Shown: in pieces, positions 38,706 through 51,633 of the stretch
How positions within the stretch are numbered: position 1 is the stretch's first letter
Layout: each line of letters begins with the position of its first letter
Notes under the pieces: model-generated
Told to the model about the DNA's origin: nothing
Seen by the model: the letters and a program-made list of their open reading frames with translations, nothing else
Databases searched by the model: none
Assembly: GCA_973895155.1 (NCBI GenBank)
Contig: OZ316893.1
Location: 13,284,359-13,348,358 of the forward strand
Reading direction: 5' to 3'
From: Marsupella aquatica
Taxonomy: Eukaryota; Plantae; Marchantiophyta
DNA: 64,000 bases
Program-made: the position numbers and the translations under genes

Positions 38706-41120
38706 GCTACTTTATGATGACTGATGACTGCACATTTCAGATTTTGTCTTATTCAGATTTTTGTGTCATGTATTTTCATTTTAATCTGCCTTATCAAGGG
38801 GCAGCCTTTACACATTTTCAATTAATTTTTAGACCCTTTTAGTTTTAGGTATTCTAGAATGTTTTGAACTTATTTTGGCAGCCCCCTTTCACAGTATGTG
38901 TTTTCTTAGAGATGAAACCGAAGGCTCCACCATCAAGAGTGAAAGAAATGATGTTGAAGAACATGAGTGCATAGCCTCTTAAGTTGTCCTCATGTTTTTC
39001 TTTCCTAGGTTTATGGTTTCTATTGAAAGGAGTGTCATTCATAAGACACCCTGAGTTAAGTGCACACATCGTAGCATCTTTTTCTATGCTCTCATATTTT
39101 ATTTACTTTCAGATCATTACAAGACCAAAAATAAAACATGTTCCAAGATGAGCATGCTATTTATCACGACGAGAAGATAAAATCCATTGATAAAATGTTA
39201 TAGGGTCTCCTTTGGAATGAAAGTACAAGAGAAAAACAATGAGTATGGAAGGTCCCAAGTAATGAAGCCTAGGTGTGTAGGATTACACACTTCCAAGCCA
39301 GATTCCATTCATCTCGCGCTAAACTTCTTGGATGTGGAGTACTGTACTGAACTACGGTAAAATTCTTCAGGGAAGAATTGATTGTTCTACCGTAGGTGGT
39401 TGGTAGGTCGATCTTTGACATCCTTTTGTAGGATTACGCTATAGATTCTCTCCCAAGGCTTTAAACCATTCCAAACCTTCCAAATTCCCAAGTGCAAGTT
39501 CGCACTGTCGCACATGACCAAGCTTTTCGACGAGAAGACACGTTCAGACGTTCAGTGCAAATGGAAGGGTTCAAATTTAAATTTCGACAATGGATGTGTG
39601 ACCATAAATACTGCTGCAGTTCTTTACTTCCACACACGAAGGTGCCAACGGGATTACGGGAAGGTACGAACTTCGCGATCATTCTGTGCGCTGCTGCATG
39701 AGTGGCGGCTGTATTAGACATGAATCGAGAATTTATGTGGACCCACGCCCAGACGCCCTGAAGGTCTGTTTAGCATTTGAACTGATTAATTGCGTCTCCA
39801 TTTCTCCAATAATAGTGCCGATGCCGTTTCCAACGACGGCGCATTCTTAATGACTCGGAATCCCTGAAATCATTCACCGGGTGATTGATTTTACTGACAT
39901 CATAATTATGGCAGCCATTCCCCTAGAGTTCGGGGAGCACGTCAATGCCAAAAAGAGGGACTGATGAATCACTATCTTTTGGGTCTGCCTTTAAAACTAC
40001 ATTCATAATTATCGTAGGATCTATAGTGGTAAGCTCTCCCAGAAATTGCCGTTAGATACAAGTGAAGAGGCGTTTATTTCAAACCCAACTTTGGGTTTTC
40101 ATGCAACAACACATTGATGGGGTCTTCCAGGGAGAAAAACCCAACGAAGCCCCACCCTTCAAAAGTTACAGCCGAGGTACAATTTAGCATAATCGCTGAC
40201 TTTTCAGTGTATGCATTGTTTTCAAAATGGAGAAATGAAAATAGCAAATGAGTAATATTCTTGCCTTGAGTTAGGCAGCTTATCAACAACAACTAGTACA
40301 AGCACATTTAAGCCCGAATGGAGAAGGAATTAAGTTGTTAGGATAAAAGGTGGCAGTCAGTGACTCTAGGTTCATTTCTAAGGGAGGCGAGCTTGCCACT
40401 TTGTAGCGTAGTGCACTAGATTCGGGGAAATGGGGAATGTAATACTCAGAAGTGCCAGCTATGTAGTCAAGGTTTCTTGTAAGAGTAGTAAGTTTCTTAA
40501 TGTCCCTTGTAGGGGCCCATCCTTGTATCTATGCACCCGTTAGGCTTGAATAGGTGACAATTCCTCAGAGATGACTATTGATCATATAGTCTGCCCTCAT
40601 AGGAGACTGTTACAACTTTAAGGTGATACTGCGAAATCACCCCCTGGAAGATTTGAACCTGACACATGAGTTCTGTTATTTTGTGCTGGCGTGGGAACGA
40701 GGAAAAAGTGTGTAAGTGGGTGATATGAAAACCTAGCCCACCAGCCCTATTGGAACGGCTCAAAATCCTAGGAGAAATCTTATCACATTAATATATACTT
40801 CTAAGGGCTCAAAATCCTAGACGCTCTACCTTGCTTAGGTTAAAATGTATTTGGAAGGACTCAAAATAACAACACTAACAAAATACCTTAAATTGAAAAA
40901 CATCTCTTTCTGTTATATTGTTGTCTACGGTAGTATACAATCTAACACTATAATACGCAATCCCGCCCATTTGGCCACTTTCGTCCGTCGTCCCGTTACG
41001 AATTCAAATTTCAGCGGGAATCAATCTTAACCGTCAGATACAAGCATCTCATTTTTCGTAGCCGTCCGATCGTGAAACGAGGCATGCACCAGATTGAATG
41101 AGGCACTCAGGCACGCGCAG

Positions 41121-41245
41121 CCCCCTCCATAGGGCTTCGCGCCCTCTTACCTCGCTCGCCCCCCTCCATAGGGCTTCGTGCCCTCCAGCCTCGCTCGCCC
41201 CCCTCCATAGGGCTTCGCACCCTCCTGCCTCGCTCGCCCCCCCAT
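41121..41245. repeat. 39-bp GC-rich minisatellite x3
   Basis: CCCCCTCCATAGGGCTTCG..CCCTC...CCTCGCTCGC; AGGGCTT at 41131, 41170 and 41209. Confidence 0.9.
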
Positions 41246-41789
41246 AACATGCGATTGATTGCTCGAGAAGTGAGAAGAAAACTTTCTTTCAAGGCATACA
41301 TCAGATTCTCCCTATGGGACCGCCCTCCTTGCACAGTGCAATGCACTGGCATAGGGCTCGTGTGCCTATAATAGGTTAAGAGTGTGAAGTTGAGAGATGA
41401 GAAACAGAGTTAGCACGATTCTCCTCTCCACCAGTGTGGCAAACATAAGCCCCTCAATAGCAAAAGCTGAGTCAAACATTCTCATTGAATCTCAGCTTAT
41501 TTTCATATGGTAAAAATATAGACTCACATCTTCATTGGGATTGTCTACCAGAGGACCCAGACATACCGATAAAACTCTGGCACATCTGGAACAAACTCAC
41601 ACATCTGGAAACACATGAGCTCACACTGCGTAGAACACACCAGATCTAGTGCCCAGGGAGTAATTAGGAAATCATTGGTACAGACTTGGAGTCTATCTAA
41701 GGAGTGACTGGGCATGACATTGCTCCCCGATTGGGACTGGAAAATCAACTGTATCGAATGCCTTCAAATACATGTCTTTTGATTACAAT

Positions 41790-41887
41790 ACTTGGGCTGG
41801 GTTCTGGACAGCCATTAAGAAATACTCCAGATAACACCACTTGGGCTGGGTTCTGGACAGCCATTAAGAAATACTCCAGATAACACC
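41790..41887. repeat. Perfect 49-bp tandem duplication
   Basis: ACTTGGGCTGGGTTCTGGACAGCCATTAAGAAATACTCCAGATAACACC x2. Confidence 0.9.
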
Positions 41888-43049
41888 GGTTCTGCCCCTG
41901 CCATATGAGTGTTAACGACACCTCTGGAATTGGAGCTTCAATGCGGACTAGACTGATAGTTTTACTTCTATCACGGATCCACTGATTGGGACCCTCACTG
42001 GTCCCTTGTTCTAGTACCGGTCTTTGGGGTTTCTTGCCCCTCCTGCCACAGTAGTTCAAATCTCTGGTTTTTGCTTTCCTTTTTGATTGGCTACCTTCCC
42101 GGTCCTGGGCTCCCCTGGTCTTTTGGGCTCTTTGACCCTTTGGGTTCCCCCTGGGTGCCACACCCCTTTTGTGGGCCACCTTGTTGTCTGTTGGCTTTTT
42201 TAATGAATTTCATTGAGTTTTTTTAGGCAAAAAATGTCATAGTTGAGGCTACGATATTGGTGACTCCAAAGATACCCAGCCTAAATGTAGTACCCTATAT
42301 TTTACTACTGACAGATATGATGGTATAGCCATGAGTATAGTCCCTGGGTGGGTGCTCTGAGAGGAGAAACCCTCATTAATAGACATGTTTCCCTAAATAC
42401 ATACAGTTTGAAAGGGTTTTCCCGAAACCAGGGTTGTCCTTGCAAATTCTAGAAAATAAACCACTCTATCAGACCTAATAGTAAAGGTCATGAAGCTTTC
42501 CATGTAACTTTTGCAACTGAAACTTCAAGATAAAGGCTATTTGTAAGCTTCTTGAAGGCATGAGTGATGCATGTTCTTTTTTAATAATTGCAGGAAAGGA
42601 AAGAATCCAGCATGAAAAGTTACTCAGACAGAAAAACTTTCAGAAATGGTCGTTTTACTTATATATCAGAGTGCTAAGGAACAAAATGTGCCAAACTGGG
42701 AGGCCGGATCCCATTGGCAAGAGACCAATGTCCCTACCAATATAGGGGAAAACCGCTAGTAGATCCAGGAGCCATAAAGCTCGAGTGTCGGCTTCAAATT
42801 CCACTGTCCATGACAAACCCGGATCCACCAGGTTTCACCATGTTTTGTACCTTTTTCCGGAAATTGTGGAGCAAAACTCAGGAAAAAAATGTGGAAAAGG
42901 GAAAAGTCTTCTACACTTCTCTTTTTATATGGTGAGTGGTGGTTTCAATGGTGAAATAACTGAAAAGGCTGGTAAACTCTCTAGGGGGTCATGAAGAGGA
43001 ACTTGTCTAATGTCCCTAAAACGAAAAGGCCGCCTCAATCATACAAACA

Positions 43050-44209
43050 ATAATGAATATCTGAGCCCTTCGTAATGTGACAAACACCTGCTATTTAAAA
43101 AGGTAGTGAGAACACAAAGGAGAGTATGAATTTTCTGAGGGCAAACTCCAAGATTCGGACAGTTGGCAGTGGAACTGGAAAGGGAGGAATAGGGGATGGA
43201 GCTTTTCAAACCAGGTGTGGACGCAATGTTCACACCACGAGACGGATGATGTGACTAAGATAAATAGGAGATGGGGACAGATGAAGACTAAAGAACAATG
43301 GACACAACTGTGGAAGAATTTATGGGGAGGATGGATTGCTCTGAAAGTTAGATTTCTGATGTGGAGGCTACTGAACCATGGCTTCTTCACTAACAGAAGG
43401 GGAAGGCATTGGAAGGTGAGCGACAAGATATGTGTCAGGTGCAGAAGCTGTGTCGAGACCATTGAACACCTGTTCTTCACCTGCAGGATGGTGACAGAGA
43501 GAAGGAGAGAAGTGCATAACATTCTGCAAGGAGCTTCTGCACTAAAGTTCTCTACTCGACGTCTGTTCACACGATCTTCTTCGCGGTTTGAACTCACAAA
43601 CGGAAACCAGGACCACTGATCATAGTGATGGAGATGTGCAACAGCATATGGAAGGAAAGGAATGCCGCCACCTTTTCCCAATTCCTGGGGAGACTCCCGG
43701 GATGGGTGGTCCTGAGACAAGCAGAAACACACCTGAGAACGTTGTACAAGGGGTGCACCACACCCAGGAAAAGCAAACAACTGAGGGAAGCGCCAGAACA
43801 AATTCAGAATGTGCTGAAACCCTGGGGACAGAATGAGAGCCCTATTGCCCTAAATTTGTCTATTGATGAATGAACATGATGAGTTTTTACCCAGGTACAC
43901 TGGGGTGACCGGGGGGGGGATATGCAAGTTAAGTGGGACAAGGAGAGTTAGAGTGCTGGGGATTAATACTAGACAGGATAAGCTGCACAAGAGTTTCTCT
44001 TGTGTGCAGCATGAACCTTTAGTTGAGTACAAGGACAGCACTTCGAGAGGGGGTCAAATGATGGGGGGGGATTCAGGATGAGCTAATGTTGGTGACCACC
44101 TGGTGGTTGCACCGGGTTTTCTGGCCTGATTAGGGTCTTTCTTCCTGCCCAGGGTGGTTCTGCCCCCTGGGCGGTTTTTGCGGGTCCTGGCCCTGGTGTT
44201 GGAAAAAAA
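43050..44209 (+). mobile_element. 5'-truncated, degraded L1-type LINE (ORF2 C-terminus with zf-RVT domain, probable 3' UTR)
   Basis: ORF 43215-43619 has WKNLW..KVRFLMWRLL...FT...CVRC..VETIEHLFFTC (zinc-binding domain in RT). It continues after a frameshift into IWKERN (43625-43873). The 3' boundary at a short A-run near 44203-44209 is tentative. Confidence 0.75.
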
Positions 44210-46744
44210 TGACAGTATGAAGTCTTGGCTCTACACAATCCATAGAAAAAATTGGGTTCAAACAGTCGACCACAAATATAACCAACTGTACGGTGGCTTT
44301 CATGATTTAGATTTTTGAAAGTGCAAACGCAGAAGGACTACGGGTTGCTTTACAAGGCATTGGGGGCAATTTCCACTTTTTTTGGTCTCCAAGATCTGAT
44401 CAAAGCCATCTATTTGGGAGAAACTGCTGCTGTTCACTTTACAAAACCTTGGGGGCACTTTCAACCAAACCTGTTACCAATCCTACAAGGAATGCAGTGG
44501 GCCCAATTTGCTTATGTGGAGCACTCTTTTGTCCTAGATTTTAGACCACCTCTCTTGGTGGTCTCTTCTTCTGGCCTCTTGGTCCATTTCTATTTTAAGT
44601 CATCTGCATTAAAAAGGGACCCACAAGTCCTTCTCTTCTCACATCTAGAAAACTTTAGCCAAATATTACCTGACATTCAGCTGAAGTGGGTCCTCAATCT
44701 GTCTTTTAATAAATTAATCTGGCACCATTATTTGGCTGCACTTGGCTTTACGTTACCTTGGGGGCAATACAATGATTCAAAAAATGTTTTTAGTCTCCGG
44801 GACACTATATTTAGTGTCACCAATGGCCCTCGAGTTTGCTTCGGTGGAAAAAAAACTCCCAAGTGCCCCCACCTCTTGTAAAGTACTCCTAACGGGAGTC
44901 ATGCCTTGGAAAGAATCATGGAGGCACCGGCAAGCATGCTTATTCCAGCTAATCCAATGGCCTACAAGTTGCACATCGAATAACCTCGATTCAATCCCAA
45001 GATTGAATGGCCTGAGATTTCGAATCACGTTGCGTAACACGAGATAACCGCGAATCAATGTCAAGGATGGAGGGTCTGAGATTTTGAACCCTTGTACAGG
45101 GCCCAGTCTTCCTCAGGTGTTTCAACCATTGAGCGACAGTGGCACAACGCGTTCAACTCTTTTGAAAGTCCAACTTACAATTGCAAGCATCTTCGTCTAT
45201 TGCAACCTTATCTCTCTCACAGTGCGGAAGACGAAGGATTTTCCGTTGAACTTTCCCGATTCAGAGCTTTTCAGACTTTCGTCTGTTGATACGATGAAAG
45301 CTCTCACACACTTTGGTCAAGATGCTGTAAGTGCATTGGGGAGTGAGAGACACGCTCTCACTCACGAACGATCGATCGATCCATGAACGACGCGCGGGTG
45401 AATGAATATATTTTGGGAACCTACAGTCATCTGGTGTTTCGTCTGGGAAAGGGAGCTCGGGTTATGCTTCCTTAGTCCTCACTCTGTGAAATATTGGAAT
45501 TCAAAAGTCTGGTAAAGTCCCAGAACGCCTGAACGCAAGTCGAGGTCGTCAGTCCCGAGTCCCGACAACCGATGCTCATGGCCAAAATTCGAAGTCACTT
45601 GGAGTTGGTCCCGAGTTGGGTCATCGGCCAGGTCATCGGTTGGAAACTTGGAATACAGAATACTGTACCAAGTAGGCTGCAAATCACTGATGATCAATGT
45701 CCATCCCATCTACAGTAAGGACAGGATGGAAAAGAAAAGAGGCGGCCGCAGTTACTGCCGCAGACATCGCTGCAAAAAGTTGATTTAAACACGCGTGATG
45801 CGTAGGTCCATTTTGTGCGCTACTCCACCGTACACGACAGACTGACAGAGCGATTGTGGATATCGGAATGCGCGCAAGGGAAAGAGAATTATTACAGTGC
45901 TCATCATCGGACTCCTCAGAGAACTCTTGTTCCGTTGACTTGAGAAACGCCGGTCATGAACTCTGTCGAGTCTGATGAAAATCTGAACTGGTCCGAACAT
46001 GGGACGGCACGCTTCAATCACCCCACCTGTTGCTGACTCGCTGGGTTTCGATGCTGTCGAATTCTGCCAGCAAAGTTTCCAAATTCGGTGATGGCAGCAG
46101 ATTGGGACTTGGATGGACGACCTTACGGCAAACGTGACTCTGTCGTTGCGAAGTTGTGCGACAAAGTTTTGAATATAAATGATTAATCCTGTTGTTCCAC
46201 GTACAGGTGCTCATGTGACTTAATCACTCCATAATTAATTCCCCTTTGATTCGATGCGAAGCTAGCGTGCAGTAGATTTTGTCATAATTTTACCCAATCC
46301 ACCTAATCTTGGGGGAGTGGCCTTATCTACCTGGTGGGATCAGAATATCAGATCATCAGAATGACACCCCTCTGAGTCGCTCAGCTACTCAGGATTATTG
46401 CGGACCTATATACTTCTGTTGGGATTTGTCTAAAAGACTAAAAGGGTGAACGCTTGACGATTTGAACGGTATCGCACATCTCACAGGCGGGTACTGGGCA
46501 GTTGCGTCTTACCGTAACTCGTGCAGTCCATAAAGTTCCAGAGTCCATACCCCGTAAGGTAGTTGTAGGATTACGACATGGTATGCCTAGTGTACTGCCC
46601 AATTGCCAAGCATGAAGCACTCACTGCTGTCGAAAGGAATTTGTACGCGCAGATCTCGATGATCAAATGGTCACCTGACTCCACTCCGCCCCATGAAAGC
46701 TTACCGAATTGAATCAGCTTTCGTACCGACCACGCATGCCCGCT

Positions 46745-46903
46745 GAGAGATTTGTTTAGTGTGATTTCAAATGAAAATATTTTACTTAATTGGACCCTTG
46801 AAAGTTTAGGTCAGTCTATTCAAGGTAAATCAACCGTGTGGATCACTCAAGGGTCCTATCAAGTAAAATATTTTTATTTGGGGTCCCACCAAGCAAATCT
46901 CTC
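46745..46903. mobile_element. Mutator-like MITE (159 bp foldback) with 10-bp TSD
   Basis: Ends GAGAGATTTGTTTAGTG... / ...CACCAAGCAAATCTCTC with ~55-bp imperfect TIRs. Flanks CATGCCCGCT (46735-46744) and CATGCCCGTT (46904-46913). Confidence 0.85.
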
Positions 46904-48646
46904 CATGCCCGTTCTATGAAATACGTATATGCGATTGATGGGGCCGGCAGGCAATGCAAACTGGGGGGTGAAGCTACCCAATCTGTAGTACCCTTCGCAA
47001 AATCCCATGTCTAATTAGAAAGGGGAATTTCAAAGAAAGAAACCGGAACTGGCGGTGAGATTTATTGTAAACGTCCGGAGCCATGATCAGAGTCGTTAGA
47101 ATGTTGAAACCTGCTTACACGACACTCTCACAATTTTGCTAGTACCTATGACGTTGTTGTTACGTTGTTAGTCCATCAACCCAGATTCAAATTGTATCAT
47201 ACACGGCCCAGAAAGAATGAAGCTTGAAAGAAGGGTTTGGGGATAATGATTTTGTGGGTATACGATATTATGGTATGCAATGTTCTGTGGTTGGTGAACT
47301 CGATTTGATTTCACTGTGATCCGTGATCAATTCGTAGACGCGATGCGAGCGAATTAAGTGCGATTCCAAGGAAGCAATGATATCCCGATTGCAAATAACA
47401 AAGCAACAGCGAGACACTGACAAAAATAACACACAACAGAACAGTCGAGGTCTCATAGTAAGAAAAATTTATCCAAAGTGTGAACACATGCCACGTGACA
47501 ACAATGCACCGTTGTTGAAAGGCATAGTACACGATTTGCTACGTTTTCAAGTGCATTCACCATTAGGGTGGATTGTGGAAGCAAATTGTGTGGTTTAGCA
47601 GCCCTGCCTTTGTTTTGCGGATTGTTTCCGAACCACAAACAAATAATCTTCAAGACGTGGAGGCAGATTATGGCTTCAGAACTTCGCACGATCATGCTTA
47701 ATTATGATCTTCTTTCCGGATGGATTTAAGCTGAATTTTCGAAGGGGAAAAAAGAGCCTCTCACCCACCTGACCTCTCATTGCAACGAAATTTCAGCCCG
47801 TCCATTCTGATGTCCATTTGTTTGCAACACCTTTTTTTGTACACAGAATACTACAGTAGTTAAGTGTTTGGTGAGAATGTCATTGTACTGCCTGGACATC
47901 GAGAAACAGCCTGGTAAAATCTGGAAGCCCATCAATCTACAGCTCAGTAGGAAGCCTACCGTATCAGGCAGGAGTCAGGATGGACAGATAGGTTCAAGAT
48001 AAGACCTAAAGCACAATGGATGTCAGGTATGTCCGTGAGACACCAGCCATGGCTAGCCACTCTGTCCGAATGCACTCCAAATGCAGAAGCTCCGTGCCCC
48101 AACAGTTTCATTTCCAGAACTCTAAACATTATGATTGTGTATGATCCACAGAAGACCCCTGAATACGAGACAAGGCATTTTCATAATGAGCTCAAATGAA
48201 TCATCAAAGCCCAAACCTGAGGACCTTAGCGACTGTAGGTAAGGGCTCGTTGTCTGTTGACAGTACGCGACAATGATTGTCTCTGGATTCACATTCTTTC
48301 GTTGGCCACGATCCATTCTTTGCAGGATGATCCTGAAGCTCTCTTCCTTACAAACTACTCGATCACGTTCTTTGTATTTCTTCATCTAGAGGAAATAATC
48401 GTCACGCTCTTTCCACTCCTTTCCACAGAAGTCTTCAATTTCAGAAATCTGGCACCAATTTCAGAAGGTGCAGCTTTTGGGAATACCCTACAGCCATAGA
48501 GATTTTGTAGTCTGTCATCAACTCTCTGCTGTGTTCTTCGTGCCTGAATCTGACTGGACCTGTGAAAGATTCTGAGTACTGTACGTGAGAGCTTAAACTA
48601 ATCAATTTTCTCATTCTCGAAAAAGTTCTGAAGACTCATGAAAGTG

Positions 48647-50024
48647 GAGAGATATATTTAGTGGACCTCCAAATGCAACTTGTTTTCCTAATGGACCAAA
48701 AGTTGCACACGCCCTCCCAATGGACCTCTGGGCCCACCAGAGGTGCCATTTCGTGTGAGATGTTCTTCTAACACATTGTGCAGTTCTTATAACGCGGGAT
48801 TGTCACTATAAAACGCAGCATGTTTTACTGTTCTTCAGTGTCCGACCGCATCGCCGAACACGGTCGACTACGATCGCAGTTCCGAGTGAATCAATGTATC
48901 CCACAATGTATACATTGACCACAATGTATACAAACATGAACCGTCACTTTGGGGGGGGCGTTTTCATAAAGTTGGAGGGACAATTTTTTTTCCTTAGTGT
49001 GAAATCCGAATACAACTTGCAAAGTGTATACATGACAAGTCATATCTATGTGTTGTAATACAATAGGTTTTGTCCATTTGGTCAGGCTTCGGAGGGGGAT
49101 GTCTTCGTAAAGTCAGAGTGACAAAGTTTTTGTCTAAGTGTGAAATCTAAATACAGCGTGCAAAGTGTATACATGACAAATCATATTTCTATGTTGAAAT
49201 ACATTAGGTTTTGCCCATTTGAGCAGGCTTCGACAGGGAAAGAGGGGCATCTTCGTAAAGTCAGAGGGACAAATTTTTTCCTAAGTGTGAAAATCCGAAT
49301 ACAACGTGCAAAGTGTATACATGACAAATCATATTTTTGTGTTTTAATATGATAAGTTTTGTCCATTTGGGAAGGCTTCGACAAGGGGGTGTCTTCGTCG
49401 TAAAGTCAGGGGAAATGTGCATACAACATGCATATTGTATGCAAGACACACATTTATCGTTCTATGTTGAACAGGTTTTGGTTTTGTTGATTATAGCAAG
49501 CCTTATTGCCTGTATGTAAGGCAAGGGAATCCTAACTTTGTTTAGGTGCAATCTTTGAATACAGTGTCCACTGTGTATCCAAAGCAGACGCAACCTAGAA
49601 GCAAAGTAGACACAACCTAGAATCGCGACGTGTCATTGCATGCGTAGAGTAAATACATTGACCATGTTGTATTCTTCCGATTGTTCTAGATTGCGGCTAT
49701 TGTAGTTTGAATACAATAGCTATATTGTATTCACAAAAACTAGGAAGCCATCATGTTGCCGCGCTCGATTGCGACCAGGGCTACGACGCTTGTGGACTGC
49801 GACGTTATCAACGGCCTACTACACATGACCAACCACGGTGTCCACAGGGTATATAGTGGACCTGAACTGTGGCAAGGTGTTTCATAAGAACATGCTTGTA
49901 CGGAGTTGGCCCGGGGGTCCATTGGGAGAGAATCTAAACATTGGGGTCCACTGGGAGGGCGTGTGCAACTTTTGGTCCATTAAGAGAAAAAGTTGCATTT
50001 GGAGGTCCACTAAGTATATATCTC
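48647..50024. mobile_element. Non-autonomous Mutator-like element (MULE), 1378 bp, ~80-bp TIRs, 10-bp TSD
   Basis: Left GAGAGATATATTTAGTGGACCTCCAAATGCAACTT...TAATGGACCAAAAGTTGCACACGCCCTCCCA.TGGACC is the inverted match of 49945-50024. Perfect TSD CATGAAAGTG at 48637-48646 and 50025-50034. No transposase ORF. Confidence 0.9.
48955..49410. repeat. ~141-148-bp tandem repeat x3 inside the MULE
   Basis: AAAGTGTATACATGACAA at 49021, 49162 and 49310, with conserved flanks (GTGTGAAATC, GTTTTGYCCATTTG, GGCTTCG, TCTTCGTAAAGTCAG). Confidence 0.88.
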
Positions 50025-51162
50025 CATGAAAGTGGAATCTAGAGAGGAAAGATAGTTATAATTATTTTGTTCCATGATTAGAGTTGGCGGGTAATCTGGA
50101 AACCGAAGTTGATGCTTGGCTAGATCAAATTGTTTGACTTCAACACTCGGATAGAATAAACATTATTTCACACCCAAAAGGTCATATAGTATAAATGTGT
50201 GATTAAAGCTCCAATTGGAGGACGGTAAGTCTGAAAAATTGGTGAATACAACACATCACTCCATAAATTCTTAATCATTCGATTTGCATGATTAGAGTAT
50301 CCAGATTATTTTCATGTGTGAAGGCTAGAGTGGAACAAAAGTGAAGATTCTTGTGAGATTGTATGCTTGGATGTTAGGTACATGCACACAAATGTGCAAT
50401 TTTTCACACCATCAGGTCTTACATGATCAGAGCATATCAAGTGTTGTAAATAAAAATAATGTCCATGCATAATTAGTGTGTAAAGTAGATCATCCATGCT
50501 AGGACATTATTCAATTAGACTCATGCCTTGGTGCCCCATCCCTGTTAAGCCCATACATGTAAACACATTTAGGCATGCACGGTTAACTATTTGATTGGAT
50601 TCTCTTTTCTTTTCTCCTTGCTTACATTGATCTGAAAGGTACATAAGAAAGAAAAGAAAACAAGGAGAAAAGGAGAAAAGGTTTGCCATGCACCCCCACA
50701 TTGCAATGATCATTGCAAACCATTCCACGGCCATTAAAAATTGAAAAACTACATTTAAATACTTCTTCAAAACTTCAATATTTTGAGGCAAAAAGAAAAT
50801 AGAAAAATTATACTAGTTGGTTAGGTGGTTGATTTGAGAATATCATCTGCCTTGTACTACTGAAAGTGAAAAAATCAGGCATGTGCATCCACTTTGCCAG
50901 GGTGATTAGGCTAGATATGGCTATGGTACACGCAACCAGGAGAACATACCAAAGAACCTTGAAATCAGGTTGGATAAGAGCATTAGTATCAACTTATCAG
51001 GCGTCTTTGTGGGCAACACTCTTAACTAAGGGAGGAATTACAAGAACTTGGGGGCAACCATTCCATTGTTTTCTATGTGTTCTGCAATCCTGGCCGTTCA
51101 TATGTAAGAACAAGCCACACTTCACTTTACATGAAATTTGGGCCACTACCCAGCCTAGTCAT

Positions 51163-51619
51163 TGTTGGGTATTTACTCTTACGTCTAGGTTAGGTATGAC
51201 GTGGTTGGTACAACAACGTGGGTTGGTACAACTACGTGGTTAGGTACAACTACGTGATTAGGTACAACTATGTGGTTAGGTACAACTACGTGATTAGGTA
51301 CAACTATGTGGTTAGGTACAACTACGTGATTAGGTACAACTATGTGGTTAGGTACAACTAAGTTGCACACTATATCATAAGAGGCATGTGTGCTTGGAGA
51401 GGTAGAACCAAGGCTCATTGTTATGGAGCCACTTGAGAGATAGGGAAAGCTTACACTGTGGAGACTCGGTATAGCCGACGGGCTTAGAGTTCAGTAAAGC
51501 TCTCTTGTGTGTTCCCGTGGACGTAGCCTCAAGGAGGTGAACCACGTATCTCTTGTGTCGACTATTGTGCGTTGGATGGTTCATGGGCTTGCCGTTGCGA
51601 TCGTCGTCTATGCTCAACA
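51163..51619 (+). repeat. 5' LTR (457 bp)
   Basis: TGTTGG...TCAACA; no differences from the 3' LTR seen by eye. Confidence 0.97.
51189..51360 (+). promoter_or_regulatory. 18-bp tandem array in LTR U3 (putative enhancer); also at 56851-57022
   Basis: About 9-10 units of RTTAGGTACAACTAYGTG, directly upstream of a TATA-like TATATCATAA at 51371. The repeat is seen directly; the enhancer role is inferred. Confidence 0.7.
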
Positions 51620-51621
51620 AT

Positions 51622-51633
51622 TGGTATCAGAGC
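51622..51633 (+). other. Primer binding site, tRNA-iMet
   Basis: TGGTATCAGAGC, 2 nt after the 5' LTR. Confidence 0.95.

Noticed and set aside
39460-39960. CAVVGNG string on the minus strand resembling sialyl motif L
   Set aside because: The surrounding residues do not continue the motif and the frames contain stops; likely chance or an unidentifiable relic.
44315-44881. 188-aa ORF
   Set aside because: Non-ATG start, no motif or splice structure, and it lies in decayed repeat territory.
48122-48560. Charged minus-strand ORF remnant beside the MULE
   Set aside because: Interrupted by stops upstream and no family recognised.
51185-51418. ORF of VVPNH repeats (also 56847-57080), and a CRISPR-like appearance of the array
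   Set aside because: It is only the translation of the 18-bp LTR tandem array. There are no unique spacers, no cas genes, and the context is eukaryotic.
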